Shown: one piece after another, positions 62,078 through 64,000 of the stretch | How the letters are laid out: the number at the start of each line of letters is the position of its first letter | Position numbering within the stretch: the stretch's first letter is position 1 | Assembly (NCBI GenBank): GCA_958009085.1 | Contig: OY253678.1 | Span: 744,001-808,000 of the forward strand | DNA length: 64,000 bases | Origin: Protoeuglena noctilucae | Lineage: Eukaryota | Reading direction: 5' to 3' | Made by a program: the position numbers and the translations under genes | The notes under the pieces: generated by a model | The model's database searches: none | The model's input: only the letters and a program-made list of their open reading frames with translations | Told to the model about the DNA's origin: nothing

Positions 62078-63112
62078 ATGGAGATTGCGCGGCAGGTGCT
62101 TGGCGGGGATTCGGCGTCCCCGCGAGGAGAGGCGATGGCAGGGGGGCCCTCGATCCGTGAGGCGAGCCCAGACCGGTCGTCCAGCACCGGCGAGGACTCC
62201 GCAGCGTCCCCGAAGCGCGCGCTTGCCCTGGCGCCCCTGAGTCTCCCCGATTTGGACCTGTCGGTGGCAGCGTCTCCCCGGTCGGGTGCCCCGACCCTGT
62301 CGCGTGGCGTGGGCGAGGGGCGGGGGCCTGGCGGGGCGGGCAGGTGCTTTGAGGGCGCAACGCCTTCTGCAGGGACCTCGCCCGGCGCGGGGGCCGCCAA
62401 CGCCAGCCGCAGCTCCCCACGTGGGTCCTGCCCGCTGGACCTCTACCCTGGGGACGCTGCCTCGCCACCCATGACGCCCACCATGTTCGGGGCCACGAGT
62501 GCTGCTGCGAGGTGGGCGCTGGGGTCGCGAGGGGAGGGCTTTCCGTGTCCCGCGATGCGCTGTGCTGCAGACCGAGGCTGAGCTTCATGCCTGCTCTCGT
62601 CTGCCTGGGAGGGAGCTGCCAGGCCTCGCTCGCAGGTCAGCCGCTCTGGTCTCGTCGGGCGATACATGCTACAAGAGCAGCACGGTCTGTTCGTCACCCC
62701 GGGCGTCTCCGGGCATCGCGGCGGCCCACAGTCCAACTTCGGGCACCACCGCCGGCAAGCCCCTCTCCACCGCGACCTTTCAAAACGCGGCTGCAAGCCG
62801 GCACTCACCGACGGCTTCGCCCGCGTCGGCCCAGCGGCTGGCCGGCGGGTCTGGGGTCAAGCGCAAGGCTGAGGTGCGTCCGTGCACGCTGGCGCGGCCC
62901 CTGGGTAGCAGACGAAGTTGTGATGATAAATCTCTGCTTTTACTAGTCTCACATGTCCCGCTGCGCCTTCGTCCCAGGACGCCCTCACCGACGAGGAGGT
63001 GGACGAGCACGAGCACCGCGATCACCGCCTCATCCGCAAGGCCATGCGCTTCTCGACGTCGTTCTCCGTCGCCCTCAAGGATGCGACAAATGACAGGCTT
63101 TTAGGAGTTTGA
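62078..63112 (+). CDS. Ser/Pro-rich hypothetical protein, possibly nuclear
   Basis: SP/TP-rich exons, KRKAE|DALTDEEVDE...KAMRFSTSF...LLGV* with plausible GT-AG sites. No domain recognised. Confidence 0.5.
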
Positions 63113-64000
63113 GATAGACTCCTAAGACGTGGTGGCAGCTCGCAGACTCTTGGACACGTCTTCCTGCCCTCGTTCCTCGCTCTCGGGACGGGCACTTCGA
63201 TGCACATGCATAGCACATTCCAGTGCTTGAATTCCGCATGAGATTGCTGAGCTGCGCGATCCCGGCAGCCCAGCAAACGCCAGACATGTCGTGCTGCAGG
63301 AAGCGAACCGGCGGGGAAAGCTCAGCTGTTGGGGTCCTCAGCCAAGCCACATTTCTTGATGACCATCTAGTAAGCAACTCCTCGTGTGGCGCGGGCCTTC
63401 TCGGCCACGTCTGGCTGCCAACTGCATGGCATGCGTCACCGTGGTGCCCTGTCATTGTCTCAACTGTAGGTGTGCGTGGAGCGGGACCAGGCAGGATGGC
63501 GCCCCCTCAAGGCCGGGAGCCGCTCCAGCTGAGCGATGCAGGGATGAAGACGCTTTCTGAAGCGAGTGAGTGCGGGGGGTCGAAATCGACGGATGGAAAC
63601 TTTTGACAGAGCAATACGGGGCGAAAGGGCCGATTGTGCACTTGTAGGGACGGCGGCGACGTCCGTGCTCGCGGCGCACTCGCTCACTCGCGCCAACCCT
63701 ATGCCGCGCAGGGGCGAAGATTGCCGCACAGGTCGGCGGTGCCTACGGTGACATCGGCTTCTATGGCTCTGCTGCGCACCTCAACCCCATGGCGCGCTAC
63801 GACGCTCCTCCTCCATGGGTGCCGGCGGAAGCAACCGTTGGGCAGGTGAGCACACAGCTCAGGGAAAGGCTTTTGTTATCCCAAAACGTCCATTCATCGC
63901 CGCGAATGAACATTCCCTATCGATTCGCTGCTCCGCGACGCCGTCGCAAGCGCCGCGCGATGCGTGACGGACCCCATGCTTGTCAACAACGCATCTCACG

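Noticed and set aside
62919..62950. U5 loop-like (GCTTTTACTAG) or C-box (GTGATGA) RNA in an intron
   Set aside because: Imperfect match with no supporting stems, Sm site or D box.
63223..64000. Gene at the right edge
   Set aside because: No recognisable domain or consistent exon structure within the window.
1..64000. Introner-like repeated introns or a reassigned genetic code
   Set aside because: By eye the introns share no extended similarity. TAA, TAG and TGA all terminate well-supported genes.

Overview
Eukaryotic nuclear DNA from a GC-rich, gene-dense green alga (chlorophyte). Evidence: Lhca9-type PSI antenna, CP12, plastid transit peptides, short spliceosomal introns, and centriole/cilium genes that imply a flagellate. 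Most raw ORFs in the track are GC artefacts. Splicing by hand gives about 24 multi-exon genes: XRRA1-like LRR protein, orphan, Aurora-like kinase, plastid PDZ-like protein, possible ciliary protein, RPAP3, STIL/SAS-5-like protein, PPAT, RPB2, MPP6, Lhca9, EMB2004-like LRR protein, GCSH, CP12, two alpha/beta hydrolases, a GNAT, DDX27, a DUF4097 protein, a secreted orphan, LPP-epsilon, two coiled-coil proteins and a final orphan. No rRNA, tRNA, CRISPR or transposase was recognised. The most striking signals are: (1) very frequent GC-AG introns (7 of 17 in RPB2, about 22 in the window); (2) an RPB2 diverged at normally near-invariant motifs, possibly a second Pol II-derived subunit; (3) a full-architecture STIL-like centriole protein in an alga; (4) a palindromic tandem repeat/hairpin at 716-827; (5) extreme compaction with alternating strands. 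Gene models and family calls come from manual reading and remembered motifs, not database searches.
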